A stretch of DNA of 64,000 nucleotides from Mycobacteriaceae bacterium (lineage in GTDB: Bacteria > Actinomycetota > Actinomycetes > Mycobacteriales > Mycobacteriaceae): the NCBI GenBank assembly GCA_019245755.1, contig JAFARC010000011.1, forward strand, positions 7,086 to 71,085, given 5' to 3'. Made by a program: the position numbers and the translations under genes. Positions within the stretch are counted from its first letter, which is position 1; each line of letters begins with the position of its first letter. Positions 36,338 through 45,923 of the stretch are shown here, one piece after another. Below the pieces are notes generated by a model. That model saw nothing but the letters and a program-made list of their open reading frames with translations. It was not told where the DNA came from and did no database searches.

Positions 36338-37134
36338 GCATCCGGATCGGTACCTCGGGCTGGTCATACGACCACTGGGCCGGCGTGCTGTATCCGCCGC
36401 GGACGTCGCCGGCCGCCCGGCTGGCCCGGTACGCCGAAGAATTCGACACCGTCGAGCTCAACGCCAGCTTCTACCGGTGGCCCAGGGACACGACGTTCGC
36501 GGGCTGGCGGCAGCGGCTGCCGCGCGGGTTCACGATGTCGGTGAAGGCACACCGCGGGTTGAGCCATTTCCGGCGGCTGAAGTCGCCCGAACCCTGGGTG
36601 GAGCGCTTCGAGCGGTGTTGGCGCGCGCTGGGTGATCGAGCCGAGATGTTGCTGGTCCAAGTGCATCCGGAGCTGGAACGCGATGACGCTCGGCTGGATC
36701 AGTTCCTCGCCAGCATGCCGGACTGGATCCCGGTGGCGGTCGAGCTGCGTCATCCGTCGTGGGACGACCCTGCGGTCTACGCGCTGCTGGAGCGCCACCG
36801 GGCGGCCTACGTCGTGATGAGCGGCGCCAGGCTACCGTGTGTGCTGCGGGCCACCACCGATGTGGTGTACGTGCGCATGCACGGGCCGAGCACCGAAAGT
36901 CTCTACGCCGGTTCGTATTCCGACGAGGAGCTGCGGTGGTGGGCCGACCGGGTAGTCGAGTGGCATGAACAGGGTCGCGGCGTGCTGGTCTACTTCAACA
37001 ACGACGGGTCGGGGTACGCGGTGTCCAATGCCCGCACGTTGAAGCGGCTGCTCTTTGCTCAAAACGGTGGTTCGTCGGGCTGCGGTGGTGGCGGCGGCGG
37101 TGTCCAGTCGGGCGGCAGTTCCTCGGATTCATAG
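36334..37134 (+). CDS. DUF72 (UPF0759) protein with an atypical Gly/Ser tail
   Basis: IRIGTSGWSYDHW..YP..LARYAEEFDTVELNASFYRWP.. is the family hallmark. The last ~26 aa (..FAQNGGSSGCGGGGGGVQSGGSSSDS) are the antisense reading of the Pro-rich 3' end of the convergent HNH gene. Confidence 0.75.
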   Translation: MSIRIGTSGWSYDHWAGVLYPPRTSPAARLARYAEEFDTVELNASFYRWPRDTTFAGWRQRLPRGFTMSVKAHRGLSHFRRLKSPEPWVERFERCWRALGDRAEMLLVQVHPELERDDARLDQFLASMPDWIPVAVELRHPSWDDPAVYALLERHRAAYVVMSGARLPCVLRATTDVVYVRMHGPSTESLYAGSYSDEELRWWADRVVEWHEQGRGVLVYFNNDGSGYAVSNARTLKRLLFAQNGGSSGCGGGGGGVQSGGSSSDS

Positions 37135-38648
37135 GGTTCGTTGATCCACAGGCAGAACGGGCTGGTGCTGGGTTTGCCCTTGAACAAAAACAGCATGTCG
37201 CGCATGTGGTTTCGGAACTTACGCGCATCGATCTCACGTTTGCGCGCCGCGTGTAGCCGGCGGCGGGCCTCGTTGAGCGGCCGCAGCACGTGATTGCGGT
37301 TGCGGGCCTGTGCGATCCGGCTGGCCCGCTGCTGCGCGCGGGTGCGCCGGCGCCGGAATGTCAGCTCGGGGAACACCTCCGCCCCGGTCGGCGTGGTGAC
37401 GTATTTCCTGCCGGTCGGACTGGTCCAGATCACCGCGCCGTCGGGCAACTGCACCTCCGACCAGCCGGGGTCGAAGGTTTTGAGCCGATGGTGATAACGG
37501 CACAGGCACTTCAGATTCTCGAGCACGGTCAGCCCGCCGGAGGCCGGGTCGGCGTGGTTGAACGGGATGGTGTGGTCGATGTCGCAATGTTCGGCGGCCC
37601 GGTCGCAACCGGGGAAGCGGCACGTCAGATCGCGGCAGCGGACTGCGCGGTCCAGAGCGGCCGTCGGCACATAGGTGAGCGGGTCACTGGGGCCGAACAG
37701 GATGAGGCGCCGACCGGCTCGGCCAGCGAGCTCGCGCACCTGCTCGGCGTCGATGATCCCGTAGCCCTGCAGATAGCCGGGCCGGTCGACGGCGCCGCTG
37801 ATCGTGTCGTCGGTCGCCACCACATTGATCACGATCCGCGCTCCCCCGGTGTCGGCACCTGCCGCCGGGCAGTCCGGTTGTCCGCACCGGCACTCCAATT
37901 CGCGACCGGCTGCCAGCGCGCCCAGCGCATCGGCGCGGCGCTGGGCCATCGTGCGCGGATCGCCCGCGCAGACCCTGGCTGCCAATTCGGAGAGTCTGCG
38001 GTCGAACGCGGTGGCCTCCGGCACTGTCACGGTGCCGCGCACATCGGCCATGCCGTTGGGCCCTGACTTGATCGCGATAGAGCGATCCTGCGCATCGCGA
38101 TGGCGGCGCTCCTTGGCCGCATCGGAATCGACGGCTGCCACCAACGCGTCCACCGTGGTCAGGATGCGCCGGCGCGACCACGATCCCCAGTGTTGCAGCC
38201 TGGCGGAAAGACTCTCGTCGACGCGCTTCCACCGATCATCGTCGCTCACCAGGTCGGTGCGATTGATGATCAACTGGACGGTGCGCCAGTCGGTGCGTCC
38301 CGCGGCCAGCAGCGCGGCGACCTTCGGCAGTCGGTCAGCCAGCGTCTGCGCGCAGTGGACGACGAACTGCCCAGCCATCGATGAGATGTTCAACAGCGCC
38401 GAGACCTCCGCGGAGGTCTTCATCAACCCGTCGACCATGTCGTACTCGCGCTCGGGATTGTCATGCTCGGGCGCGATCCGGTGCCACAACAGCGCATCCA
38501 CCGCCGCGAGCCGCCGCGCCATAAGCACGGCCTCCAGGCGGTTGGTGGCCGCGATCAGATCAGTCAGCTGACCAGGATCCAGCTGCTCGACCCGGTCCGG
38601 CGCGACGATGCCGGCATCGGTGAAGGCGGTGCACAGCGTGTCGAACAT
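37059..38648 (-). CDS. DUF222 / HNH endonuclease protein (REP13E12-type family)
   Basis: HNH core CRFPGCDRAAEHCDIDHTIPF..LENLKCLCRYHHRLKT. The N-terminal DUF222-like region has ..LIAATNRLEAVLMARRLAAV... Start uncertain: ATG at 38648, or the TTG at 38678 used by the ORF track. Confidence 0.8.
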   Translation of the reverse strand: MFDTLCTAFTDAGIVAPDRVEQLDPGQLTDLIAATNRLEAVLMARRLAAVDALLWHRIAPEHDNPEREYDMVDGLMKTSAEVSALLNISSMAGQFVVHCAQTLADRLPKVAALLAAGRTDWRTVQLIINRTDLVSDDDRWKRVDESLSARLQHWGSWSRRRILTTVDALVAAVDSDAAKERRHRDAQDRSIAIKSGPNGMADVRGTVTVPEATAFDRRLSELAARVCAGDPRTMAQRRADALGALAAGRELECRCGQPDCPAAGADTGGARIVINVVATDDTISGAVDRPGYLQGYGIIDAEQVRELAGRAGRRLILFGPSDPLTYVPTAALDRAVRCRDLTCRFPGCDRAAEHCDIDHTIPFNHADPASGGLTVLENLKCLCRYHHRLKTFDPGWSEVQLPDGAVIWTSPTGRKYVTTPTGAEVFPELTFRRRRTRAQQRASRIAQARNRNHVLRPLNEARRRLHAARKREIDARKFRNHMRDMLFLFKGKPSTSPFCLWINEPYESEELPPDWTPPPPPPQPDEPPF

Positions 38649-38675
38649 ACGTTCGATGATATGTGGGGGCACCGA

Positions 38676-38707
38676 CAAGACGGGTGGGTGGCAAGACGGG
38701 TGGGCGG
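38676..38707. repeat. Two tandem 16-bp units (CAAGACGGGTGGGYGG), merging into a G-quadruplex-type motif (38698-38717)
   Basis: Read directly: caagacgggtgggtgg / caagacgggtgggcgg (1 mismatch). It is followed by GGG-T-GGG-CGGA-GGGG-AC-GGG on the + strand. Confidence 0.8.
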
Positions 38708-38870
38708 AGGGGACGGGCCGAGGTGACTACATTCGATCGCGTGGCCGAACGTGTCGTTGGGCAAACCGGCCAGCTGAACGTTCAACCGCTCGCCTTCGTA
38801 TTGATTATGGAGGTGAGAGGCAATTTGGCGTTGACGGGTACGGGCCGGAGCGGCGAGCGAAAGGGCTAAC

Positions 38871-41180
38871 GTGCTGCAACGCATAGCCGGCATGGCCATC
38901 GCCGCGCCACGGCAGATCCTTGCCGTCGCGGCGCTGGTGATGGTCGCTGCCGGTTTGCTGGGTGTGCCGGTCGCCAACAGCCTGTCGGCGGGCGGATTCC
39001 AAGACCCCAACGCGGAGTCGTCCAAAGCGGCGCGGCAACTCACCGACAAGTTCGGCCAGGGTGACATGCAGCTGCTGATCGTGGTGTCCGCGCCGGACGG
39101 TTTCGCCAGTGAACGGGCCCGAGCCGTGGGGACCCAGATCGTCGACCGCCTGCAGCGGTCACCGCACGTCGTCGATGTCACCTCGGCGTGGACCGCGCCG
39201 CCGCCCGTTGCCGCCGACCTGGTCAGCAAGGACCGCAACACCGGACTCGTCGTCGCCGGCATCACCGGCGGCGACAAGCATGCGCAGAGCTACGCCAACG
39301 CGCTGTCCAAAGAGTTCGCCCGCGACCGCGACGGCGTGACGGTCCGCTCGGGCGGCATCGCCATGGTCAACGCGCAGATCACCGACCAGTCGCAACGCGA
39401 CCTGCTGTTGATGGAGTCGATTGCGATTCCGCTGAGCTTTCTCGTGCTGGTGTGGGTGTTCGGGGGGCTGCTGGCGGCGGCGCTGCCGATCGTGGTCGGC
39501 GCGATGGCGATCCTGAGCTCGCTGGCGGTGCTGCGCATCGTCACACTTTTCACCGACGTGTCGATCTTCGCGCTGAACCTGAGCACCGCCCTGGGTCTTG
39601 CACTGGCCATCGACTACACGTTGCTGATCATCAGCCGGTACCGCGACGAGCTCGCCAACGGCGCCGGCACACAGGAAGCGCTCGTCGCCACCATGCTGAC
39701 GGCGGGTCGCACCGTCCTGTTCTCCGCCACCACCGTCGCGCTGTCGATGGCGGTGATGGTCCTGTTCCCGATGTACTTCCTGAAATCGTTCGCGTACTCC
39801 GGAATCGCCACCGTGGCGTTCACGGCGGTCGCGGCGGTGGTGGTCGCCCCAGCGGCCATCATTCTGCTCGGTGACCGACTGGACTCGTTGGACGTCCGCA
39901 GGTTCGCTCGGCGATTGACCGGGCGCGCAGCACCGGTGCGCCGTCCGGTAGAGGACCAGTTCTGGTACCGCGGCGCCATGTTCGTCATGCGCCGCGCGAT
40001 TCCCGTCGGACTGGCCGGGATTGCGGTGCTACTGGTGGTCGCCGTGCCGTTCTTCGGAGTGAAGTGGGGCTTCCCCGACGATCGCGTGCTGCCGAAGTCG
40101 GCCTCGGCACACCAGGTGGGACACGAACTGCGCAGCGACTTCGCCAACAACTCCGCGACGGCGGTCCCCATCGTCGTCCCCACCTCCGACGGCGTGGACC
40201 AACGCGAAATGCAGCGCTACGCGGCGGATCTGTCCCGGGTGCCCGACGTATCCGCGGTATCGACCCCGGCGGGCACGTTCGTCGCGGGTGCACCGGCGGG
40301 ACCGCCGTCGGCGTCCACCGGCGAAGTGCAGGGCAGCGCGTTCCTGACGGTCAACAGCGCCGCCCCGCTGTTCTCGGACAGGTCGGCGACCCAACTGGAT
40401 CGGCTGCATGCGGTGCGCGGGCCCGGCGGCCGGCAGGTCGAGGTCGGTGGGGTCGCGCAGATCAACCGGGACAGCGTCCGCGCGATCACATCACGGCTGC
40501 CGCTGGTCTTGGGGCTGATTGCCGCGATCATGTTCGGGCTGCTGTTCGCGCTGACCGGCAGCGTGGTGCTGCCGCTGAAAGCCCTGATCCTCGATGTGCT
40601 TTCGCTGACCGCCGCGTTCGGCGCGATGGTGTGGATATTCCAGGACGGCCATCTGGGCGCGTTCGGGACCACGTCGACGGGAACCCTGGTCGCCAACATC
40701 CCGGTGCTGCTGTTCTGCATCGCATTCGGCCTGTCCATGGACTACGAGGTGTTCCTGCTGTCTCGCATCCGCGAATTCTGGCTGGCCTCGGGCAGAACCC
40801 GCGCCGACAACGACGAGAGCGTCGCGCTCGGCCTCGCGCGCACCGGCCGGGTGATCACCGCGGCGGCGCTGGTGATGTCGATCTCCTTCGCCGCGCTGAT
40901 GGCCTCACACGTGTCGTTCATGCGGATGTTCGGGCTCGGCCTCACGCTGGCGGTGCTGGTCGACGCGACCCTGGTGCGTATGGTGTTGGTGCCGGCGTTC
41001 ATTCATGTGCTCGGCACGTGGACGTGGTGGGCACCCAAACCGCTGGTGTGGCTGCACGAACGGCTAGCGATCAGCGATGGCCATTCCCTAAATCGGTCGG
41101 AGCACCGGTCATCGGGCCCCCGCGAGGTGGCCGCCGGCGACCGGAACGCGCCATCCTCGACGTTGAACCGAAAGGCATAG
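38871..41180 (+). CDS. MMPL-family (RND superfamily) membrane transporter
   Basis: 769 aa, with two blocks of about 6 TMS each preceded by a soluble loop. MMPL-type motifs are present (..GGFQDPN.., ..[21 protein letters not shown].., ..[17 protein letters not shown]..). GTG start. Confidence 0.85.
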   Translation: MLQRIAGMAIAAPRQILAVAALVMVAAGLLGVPVANSLSAGGFQDPNAESSKAARQLTDKFGQGDMQLLIVVSAPDGFASERARAVGTQIVDRLQRSPHVVDVTSAWTAPPPVAADLVSKDRNTGLVVAGITGGDKHAQSYANALSKEFARDRDGVTVRSGGIAMVNAQITDQSQRDLLLMESIAIPLSFLVLVWVFGGLLAAALPIVVGAMAILSSLAVLRIVTLFTDVSIFALNLSTALGLALAIDYTLLIISRYRDELANGAGTQEALVATMLTAGRTVLFSATTVALSMAVMVLFPMYFLKSFAYSGIATVAFTAVAAVVVAPAAIILLGDRLDSLDVRRFARRLTGRAAPVRRPVEDQFWYRGAMFVMRRAIPVGLAGIAVLLVVAVPFFGVKWGFPDDRVLPKSASAHQVGHELRSDFANNSATAVPIVVPTSDGVDQREMQRYAADLSRVPDVSAVSTPAGTFVAGAPAGPPSASTGEVQGSAFLTVNSAAPLFSDRSATQLDRLHAVRGPGGRQVEVGGVAQINRDSVRAITSRLPLVLGLIAAIMFGLLFALTGSVVLPLKALILDVLSLTAAFGAMVWIFQDGHLGAFGTTSTGTLVANIPVLLFCIAFGLSMDYEVFLLSRIREFWLASGRTRADNDESVALGLARTGRVITAAALVMSISFAALMASHVSFMRMFGLGLTLAVLVDATLVRMVLVPAFIHVLGTWTWWAPKPLVWLHERLAISDGHSLNRSEHRSSGPREVAAGDRNAPSSTLNRKA

Positions 41181-41206
41181 ATACCCGTGTGCATGAGGTG
41201 GGTCCT

Positions 41207-42268
41207 ATGAGCGTCATCGCAGCTGTGTGCGGCGCACTGCCGCCGCATCGCTATCCGCAGGAGGAGATCACCGAGTCGTTCATCCAGTGGCCCGGGTTCG
41301 AAGGTTTCGAGGACATCGCCCGGCGGCTGCACGCCAGCTCCAAGGTCGACAGCCGTCACCTGGTGCTGCCGCTGGAGGACTACCCCAAGCTCAGCGAGTT
41401 CGGTGAGGCCAACGATCTGTTCATCGAGCACGCGGTCGAGCTTGGCTGCGAAGCGATCTCGGCTGCGTTGCGGGACGCCGGCCTGGCACCGGCCGACGTG
41501 GATCTGATCGTCTCCACGACGGTCACCGGTGTGGCGGTGCCGTCGCTGGACGCCCGCATCGCCGGCCGGCTCGGCATGCGCGCCGACGTCCGGCGGCTAC
41601 CGATCTTCGGATTGGGCTGCGTGGCCGGTGCGGCCGGAGTGGCGCGGCTTCATGACTACCTGCGCGGGGCGCCGGACGACGTCGCTGTCCTGGTGTCGAT
41701 CGAGCTGTGTTCGCTGACGTATCCGGGTGCCGAACCGTCGATGGCCTTCCTGGTCGGCAGCGGGCTGTTCGGCGATGGCGCCGCGGCGGTGGTGGCGGTC
41801 GGACAACGCCGCGCCGAGCGGCTCGGCGCGCCCGGCCCGCACATCGTCGACTCCCGCAGCCACCTGTACCCCGATTCGTTGGGCACGATGGGTTGGCACA
41901 TCGGCGGCTCCGGTTTCCAACTGGTGCTGGCTCCGGACCTGCCGACAATCGTCGAGCGGTATCTGGGCGACGACGTCAGCAAATTCCTCGCCGACCACGG
42001 TTTGACCATTGACGACATCGGCACCTGGGTGAGCCATCCCGGCGGCCCGAAGGTGATCGACGCGATCATCGCCACCCTCGGGCTGCCCGAGGATGCGCTG
42101 GACGTGACGTGGCGCTCGCTGAGCGAGGTGGGCAATCTGTCGTCGGCGTCGGTGTTGCACGTGCTGCGCGACACGATCGCCCAACGGCCGCCGAGCGGCA
42201 GCCCGGCTCTGCTGATGGCGATGGGGCCCGGGTTCTGTTCCGAGCTGGTGCTGATGCGCTGGCGCTGA
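41207..42268 (+). CDS. Type III polyketide synthase (chalcone/stilbene synthase superfamily)
   Basis: ATG at 41207 inside ORF 40064..42268. Catalytic Cys in [14 protein letters not shown], His in [12 protein letters not shown], and Asn in [14 protein letters not shown]. Confidence 0.9.
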   Translation: MSVIAAVCGALPPHRYPQEEITESFIQWPGFEGFEDIARRLHASSKVDSRHLVLPLEDYPKLSEFGEANDLFIEHAVELGCEAISAALRDAGLAPADVDLIVSTTVTGVAVPSLDARIAGRLGMRADVRRLPIFGLGCVAGAAGVARLHDYLRGAPDDVAVLVSIELCSLTYPGAEPSMAFLVGSGLFGDGAAAVVAVGQRRAERLGAPGPHIVDSRSHLYPDSLGTMGWHIGGSGFQLVLAPDLPTIVERYLGDDVSKFLADHGLTIDDIGTWVSHPGGPKVIDAIIATLGLPEDALDVTWRSLSEVGNLSSASVLHVLRDTIAQRPPSGSPALLMAMGPGFCSELVLMRWR

Positions 42269-42284
42269 GTTCACACTGGGTCAC

Positions 42285-42794
42285 ATGAGTGCCTTCGCAT
42301 TGCTCATCGCTGCGGTCGGCGCGGAGCGATCGGCCGAATTGGTGATCGCCCAGCGCAACCTGGCCTGGAGTCGTGCCCACGGTGGCGCCGAGTTCGGCGC
42401 GCGACACTACCCCGCCATGGTCGCCCTGCACACCAGCCTGCTGGTCAGCTGCCTGGCGGAATCGGTCCGGCTGCGCCGCCCGTTCATTCCGGCGTTGGGC
42501 TGGCCGATGCTGGCGACCGTGCTGGCCGCCCAGGGGTTGCGGTGGTGGTGCATCGCCACGCTGGGCCGGCAGTGGAACACCCGGGTCGTGGTGGTGCCCG
42601 GCGCGGCCCGCGTGGTGCGAGGGCCGTACCGGTTCGTGTCGCACCCCAACTACGTCGCGGTCGCCGCCGAAGGGGCGGCGCTGCCGTTGGTGCACACCGC
42701 CTGGATCACCGCCCTGATCTTCTCGGTGCTCAACGCCGCCCTGCTGAGGACGCGGATCAAGGTGGAGAACGCCGCGCTGGCGAGTTTGACGTGA
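42285..42794 (+). CDS. Isoprenylcysteine carboxyl methyltransferase (ICMT)-family membrane methyltransferase
   Basis: 169 aa with 4-5 TMS. The C-terminal GPYRFVSHPNYVAV..E.. is the ICMT/PEMT signature. Confidence 0.8.
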   Translation: MSAFALLIAAVGAERSAELVIAQRNLAWSRAHGGAEFGARHYPAMVALHTSLLVSCLAESVRLRRPFIPALGWPMLATVLAAQGLRWWCIATLGRQWNTRVVVVPGAARVVRGPYRFVSHPNYVAVAAEGAALPLVHTAWITALIFSVLNAALLRTRIKVENAALASLT

Positions 42795-43804
42795 TCGACC
42801 TGCTGATCGTCGGCGGCGGGCCGGCCGGGCTGGCGACCGCATTGCACGCGGCGCAGGCCGGCCTCGAGGTGGTCGTCGCCGAACGCCGGCGCGGCCCGCT
42901 GGACAAGGCCTGCGGCGAGGGCCTCATGCCGCATACCGTGCGGCAGCTGCGGCGCCTCGGCGTCGAGGCGCCCGGCAAGGCTTTCCGTGGCATCCGCTAT
43001 CTGGACGGCGCGAGATACGCCGATGCGCCGTTCAAGTCCGGCGCCGGGCGCGGGGTGCGCAGGACGACGCTGCACGCCGCTCTGGTCGACGCGGTCACCG
43101 CCGCCGGGGTGAACGTCGTCCACGACGACATCCGCGACGTCAGCCAGGATGACACGTCGGTGCGCGCCGGCGGCGTGCGCGCCCGGTACCTGGCCGCCGC
43201 CGATGGACTGCACTCCACCATTCGGCGGTCCCTCGGCCTGGAGGCGCCGGCGCGCGGACCGCGCCGGTGGGGTATACGGCGGCATTTCGAGGTCGCCCCC
43301 TGGACCGATTACGTCGAGGTGTACTGGGGTGTCGACGCGGAGGCCTACGTGACTCCGGTCGCCGACAACTGCGTGGGTGTCGCGGTCCTGACGTCACGGC
43401 GCGGCGGATTCGACAACCATCTGGACGCCTTGCCGAGGTTGCGGGAGAAACTGCGCGGCCGGGCGCACGGGCCGGACCGGGCCGCCGGCCCGCTCCGGCA
43501 GAAGGTGCGCGGCCGAACCGCCGGGCGGGTGCTGCTGATCGGCGACGCGGCAGGATACGTCGACGCGCTGACCGGCGAAGGCCTTGGGCTGGCGTTCGCC
43601 GCCGCCGAGCTGGCCGTGGGGTGCGTGGTGGCCGACCGGCCGGCCGACTACGACCACCAGTGGCGCGGGATGACCCGGCGTTACCGACTGCTGACCGCGG
43701 CGCTGCTGCACGCCAGCCGGTACACCCCGGTGCGTTCACGCATCGTGCCCACCGCGACGGCCCTGCCCAAGGTTTTCGCCGGCGTCGTCAACCAGCTTGC
43801 TTAA
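42791..43804 (+). CDS. FAD-dependent oxidoreductase (geranylgeranyl reductase / flavoprotein monooxygenase-like)
   Basis: The GTG at 42791 overlaps the ICMT stop (GTGA). DLLIVGGGPAGLATAL..DKACGEGL.. and a later LIGDAAGYVDALTGEGL (GD motif). Confidence 0.8.
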   Translation: MIDLLIVGGGPAGLATALHAAQAGLEVVVAERRRGPLDKACGEGLMPHTVRQLRRLGVEAPGKAFRGIRYLDGARYADAPFKSGAGRGVRRTTLHAALVDAVTAAGVNVVHDDIRDVSQDDTSVRAGGVRARYLAAADGLHSTIRRSLGLEAPARGPRRWGIRRHFEVAPWTDYVEVYWGVDAEAYVTPVADNCVGVAVLTSRRGGFDNHLDALPRLREKLRGRAHGPDRAAGPLRQKVRGRTAGRVLLIGDAAGYVDALTGEGLGLAFAAAELAVGCVVADRPADYDHQWRGMTRRYRLLTAALLHASRYTPVRSRIVPTATALPKVFAGVVNQLA

Positions 43805-44433
43805 CCGTTGGCTTTCCACAGGTTGCCGACGAACAACCGCTGCAGCTGCCCGGCTGCGGCCTCCAGGCCCTCGATGCCACCGGCGAAACCGGCGTAGAAC
43901 CCCATGCCCCACAGGAGGGCCAGCAGCATGTCCACCACGCCGGCCACCTCGGTGTCGGCGTCCAGTTCGCCGCGATCGCGCGCCGCGTTGACGAGCGTGG
44001 CGATGAACGCACGCGTCCGGGCCACCAGGTCCTGCTCGGGCTCGCACAGGTCGGGGTGGCGGTGCGACTCCAATACCGCCGCGACCATGAACCTGGCCGC
44101 TGACCGATCCGGGTCTGCCTGGATCACCAGCGCCATGAACACGCCGATCTGGGCGAGCAGCGTGGTCTCCTGCTCGGCCCGCTCCACGCTGGCCTGCATG
44201 ACCGTGGCGTGGGTCATGTCGACCACTTCGCGGTACAGCAGCCGCTTGTTGGAGAAATAGTGGTTGATTGCGGGCCGGGTCAGGTCGGCGCGGGCCGCGA
44301 TCTCCTCGAACGTGGCGGCGTCGTAGCCGACCGCGCTGAACACGTCGCGCGCCGCGCGGATGATCCGCTCCCGGGTTTGGGCCGACTTTGTACCTGGGGG
44401 GCGGCCCGGACCCCGGGTGGCGGTGACCGACAT
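43801..44433 (-). CDS. TetR-family transcriptional regulator (last gene of the 49.7 to 43.8 kb minus-strand array)
   Basis: ATG at 44433. HTH region: YDAATFEEIAARADLTRPAINHYFSNKRLL. Confidence 0.8.
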   Translation of the reverse strand: MSVTATRGPGRPPGTKSAQTRERIIRAARDVFSAVGYDAATFEEIAARADLTRPAINHYFSNKRLLYREVVDMTHATVMQASVERAEQETTLLAQIGVFMALVIQADPDRSAARFMVAAVLESHRHPDLCEPEQDLVARTRAFIATLVNAARDRGELDADTEVAGVVDMLLALLWGMGFYAGFAGGIEGLEAAAGQLQRLFVGNLWKANG

Positions 44434-44435
44434 GC

Positions 44436-45923
44436 TCAAAGAATGCCATATCCGGGAAGCGTCGCGGTCCCGTCGGGGCGAACGTGAACCTTGGCACCAG
44501 CGATGTCCTCCCGGACGGTGGCCGTGGCCTCCGACGGGTCGGTGACGACCGCCAGCGTGCGCGCATCGTCCGGCGTGCGCACGGCAAGGAACGCCTTCTG
44601 GGGCCGGCCGTCCCTGTCGAACGGTGCGGTCCACGCCTCGACGGTGCCGACGCCGTCCCACTGCACCGCCGCCCGCCGGGCCGGCTGCCGGTCAACCTCG
44701 GGTTGCACATCCTGGAAACGGAATTCGTGCGGGGGCGGCACAGTGCCGTAGACCCCGACGCTGTGCTTGGTGAGGTACCCGCCGTTGGCGGTCACCAGCC
44801 CGCGACTGCCCGGTTTGCGGACCAGCAAGTCGGCCATGGTTGCGATCGAGTGTGTGACGTAGTTGCTCCACGGTCCACCGGCGAACGTCAGTCCGCCCGT
44901 CACGGTCAGCGGACGGCGCGGGTCGTCGACCGGCAGCCCGAGCTCGGCGGCCGCAATCTGGACCGCGGACGGAAAGCAGGAGTAAAGGTCGACCAGTTCG
45001 ACGTCGTCGACCGTCACGCCAGCGAGTTCCATGGCCCGGCGGCCGGCGATCCTGATCGCCGGTGACCTGTGGTACTCGGCGCGTTCGCCGATCGCGTACG
45101 TGTCGTGCGACTCGGTGCCGGCATACGGGAACACCCAACGGTCCCTCGGAACGCGCAGCCGGGTCGCCGCCTGCGCGCACGCCAGAATCAGGACCGCCGC
45201 CTGGTCGACCATGTTGTTGGAATTCAGCAGCTTGGTGTACGGCCAGCTAACCATCCGGTTATCCGGGCCGGGCCGCCAGATATGTTCGGCGGTGCGTGCT
45301 TGTCGGCTCCACGCGTTCGGATTTCCCGCAGCGATCCCGCTGAATCGCGCCCACAGCTCGCCGATGTGGCGCCGGTGCTCGTCGGAGGAGCGCCCCGCCG
45401 CGATGCGGACGGCTTGCTCGAAGAGCGGATACACGTTAGCCGGGCGGACGAGCTCGATGCGCTGCTGTGCCGGACCCGCCATCGGGACGTCATCGCCGTT
45501 GGCCGCGGGCGGCACGGAACCGGCCTGAGGGGTCCAGTCCGGTTTGCGGCCGCCGGCGCGCAACTTCGTTCTGGTGCGCCAGGTTTCGGCCCCACCGATC
45601 ATCACGACGGCCACCCGTCCGCTTTGAATGTCCACACATGCGCGGTTGACCAGCGTCTGGGGCACGTTACCGCCGACACCGCTGTAGCCAGTGGCGAAGT
45701 CGCGCGTGCCGAGGCGTTGGCCCAACAGCAGGCCCGGATCGCGGTAGCGCCAGGACAATACGTTCACCACGCGGATCGAGTCGACCGCCTCGAGCACCCG
45801 CGGGTCGGCGGCCCGCCGCGCCGCGGCGACCATCAGGTCGACCGGTTCGGTGCGGGGATCGCTGTCGTGCTGATTGACCTGACCGGCGCCGATCAGAACC
45901 GGTGTCCGCGGCGTGACGGCCAT
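44436..45923 (-). CDS. Thiolase-like fold protein (Rv1867-like)
   Basis: 495 aa. ..IQSGRVAVVMIGGAE.. and ..YSCFPSAVQIAAAELG..TVTGGLTFAGGPWSNY.. resemble thiolase-superfamily blocks. I did not confirm a canonical catalytic Cys. Confidence 0.6.
   Translation of the reverse strand: MAVTPRTPVLIGAGQVNQHDSDPRTEPVDLMVAAARRAADPRVLEAVDSIRVVNVLSWRYRDPGLLLGQRLGTRDFATGYSGVGGNVPQTLVNRACVDIQSGRVAVVMIGGAETWRTRTKLRAGGRKPDWTPQAGSVPPAANGDDVPMAGPAQQRIELVRPANVYPLFEQAVRIAAGRSSDEHRRHIGELWARFSGIAAGNPNAWSRQARTAEHIWRPGPDNRMVSWPYTKLLNSNNMVDQAAVLILACAQAATRLRVPRDRWVFPYAGTESHDTYAIGERAEYHRSPAIRIAGRRAMELAGVTVDDVELVDLYSCFPSAVQIAAAELGLPVDDPRRPLTVTGGLTFAGGPWSNYVTHSIATMADLLVRKPGSRGLVTANGGYLTKHSVGVYGTVPPPHEFRFQDVQPEVDRQPARRAAVQWDGVGTVEAWTAPFDRDGRPQKAFLAVRTPDDARTLAVVTDPSEATATVREDIAGAKVHVRPDGTATLPGYGIL

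Noticed and set aside
40064-41206. N-terminal 381 codons of the 734-aa ORF 40064..42268, which would suggest an MmpL-PKS fusion
   Set aside because: This segment is an alternative frame of the mmpL gene and is Arg/Gly/Pro-rich. mmpL ends at 41180 in its own frame, and the PKS has a proper ATG at 41207, so there is no fusion.
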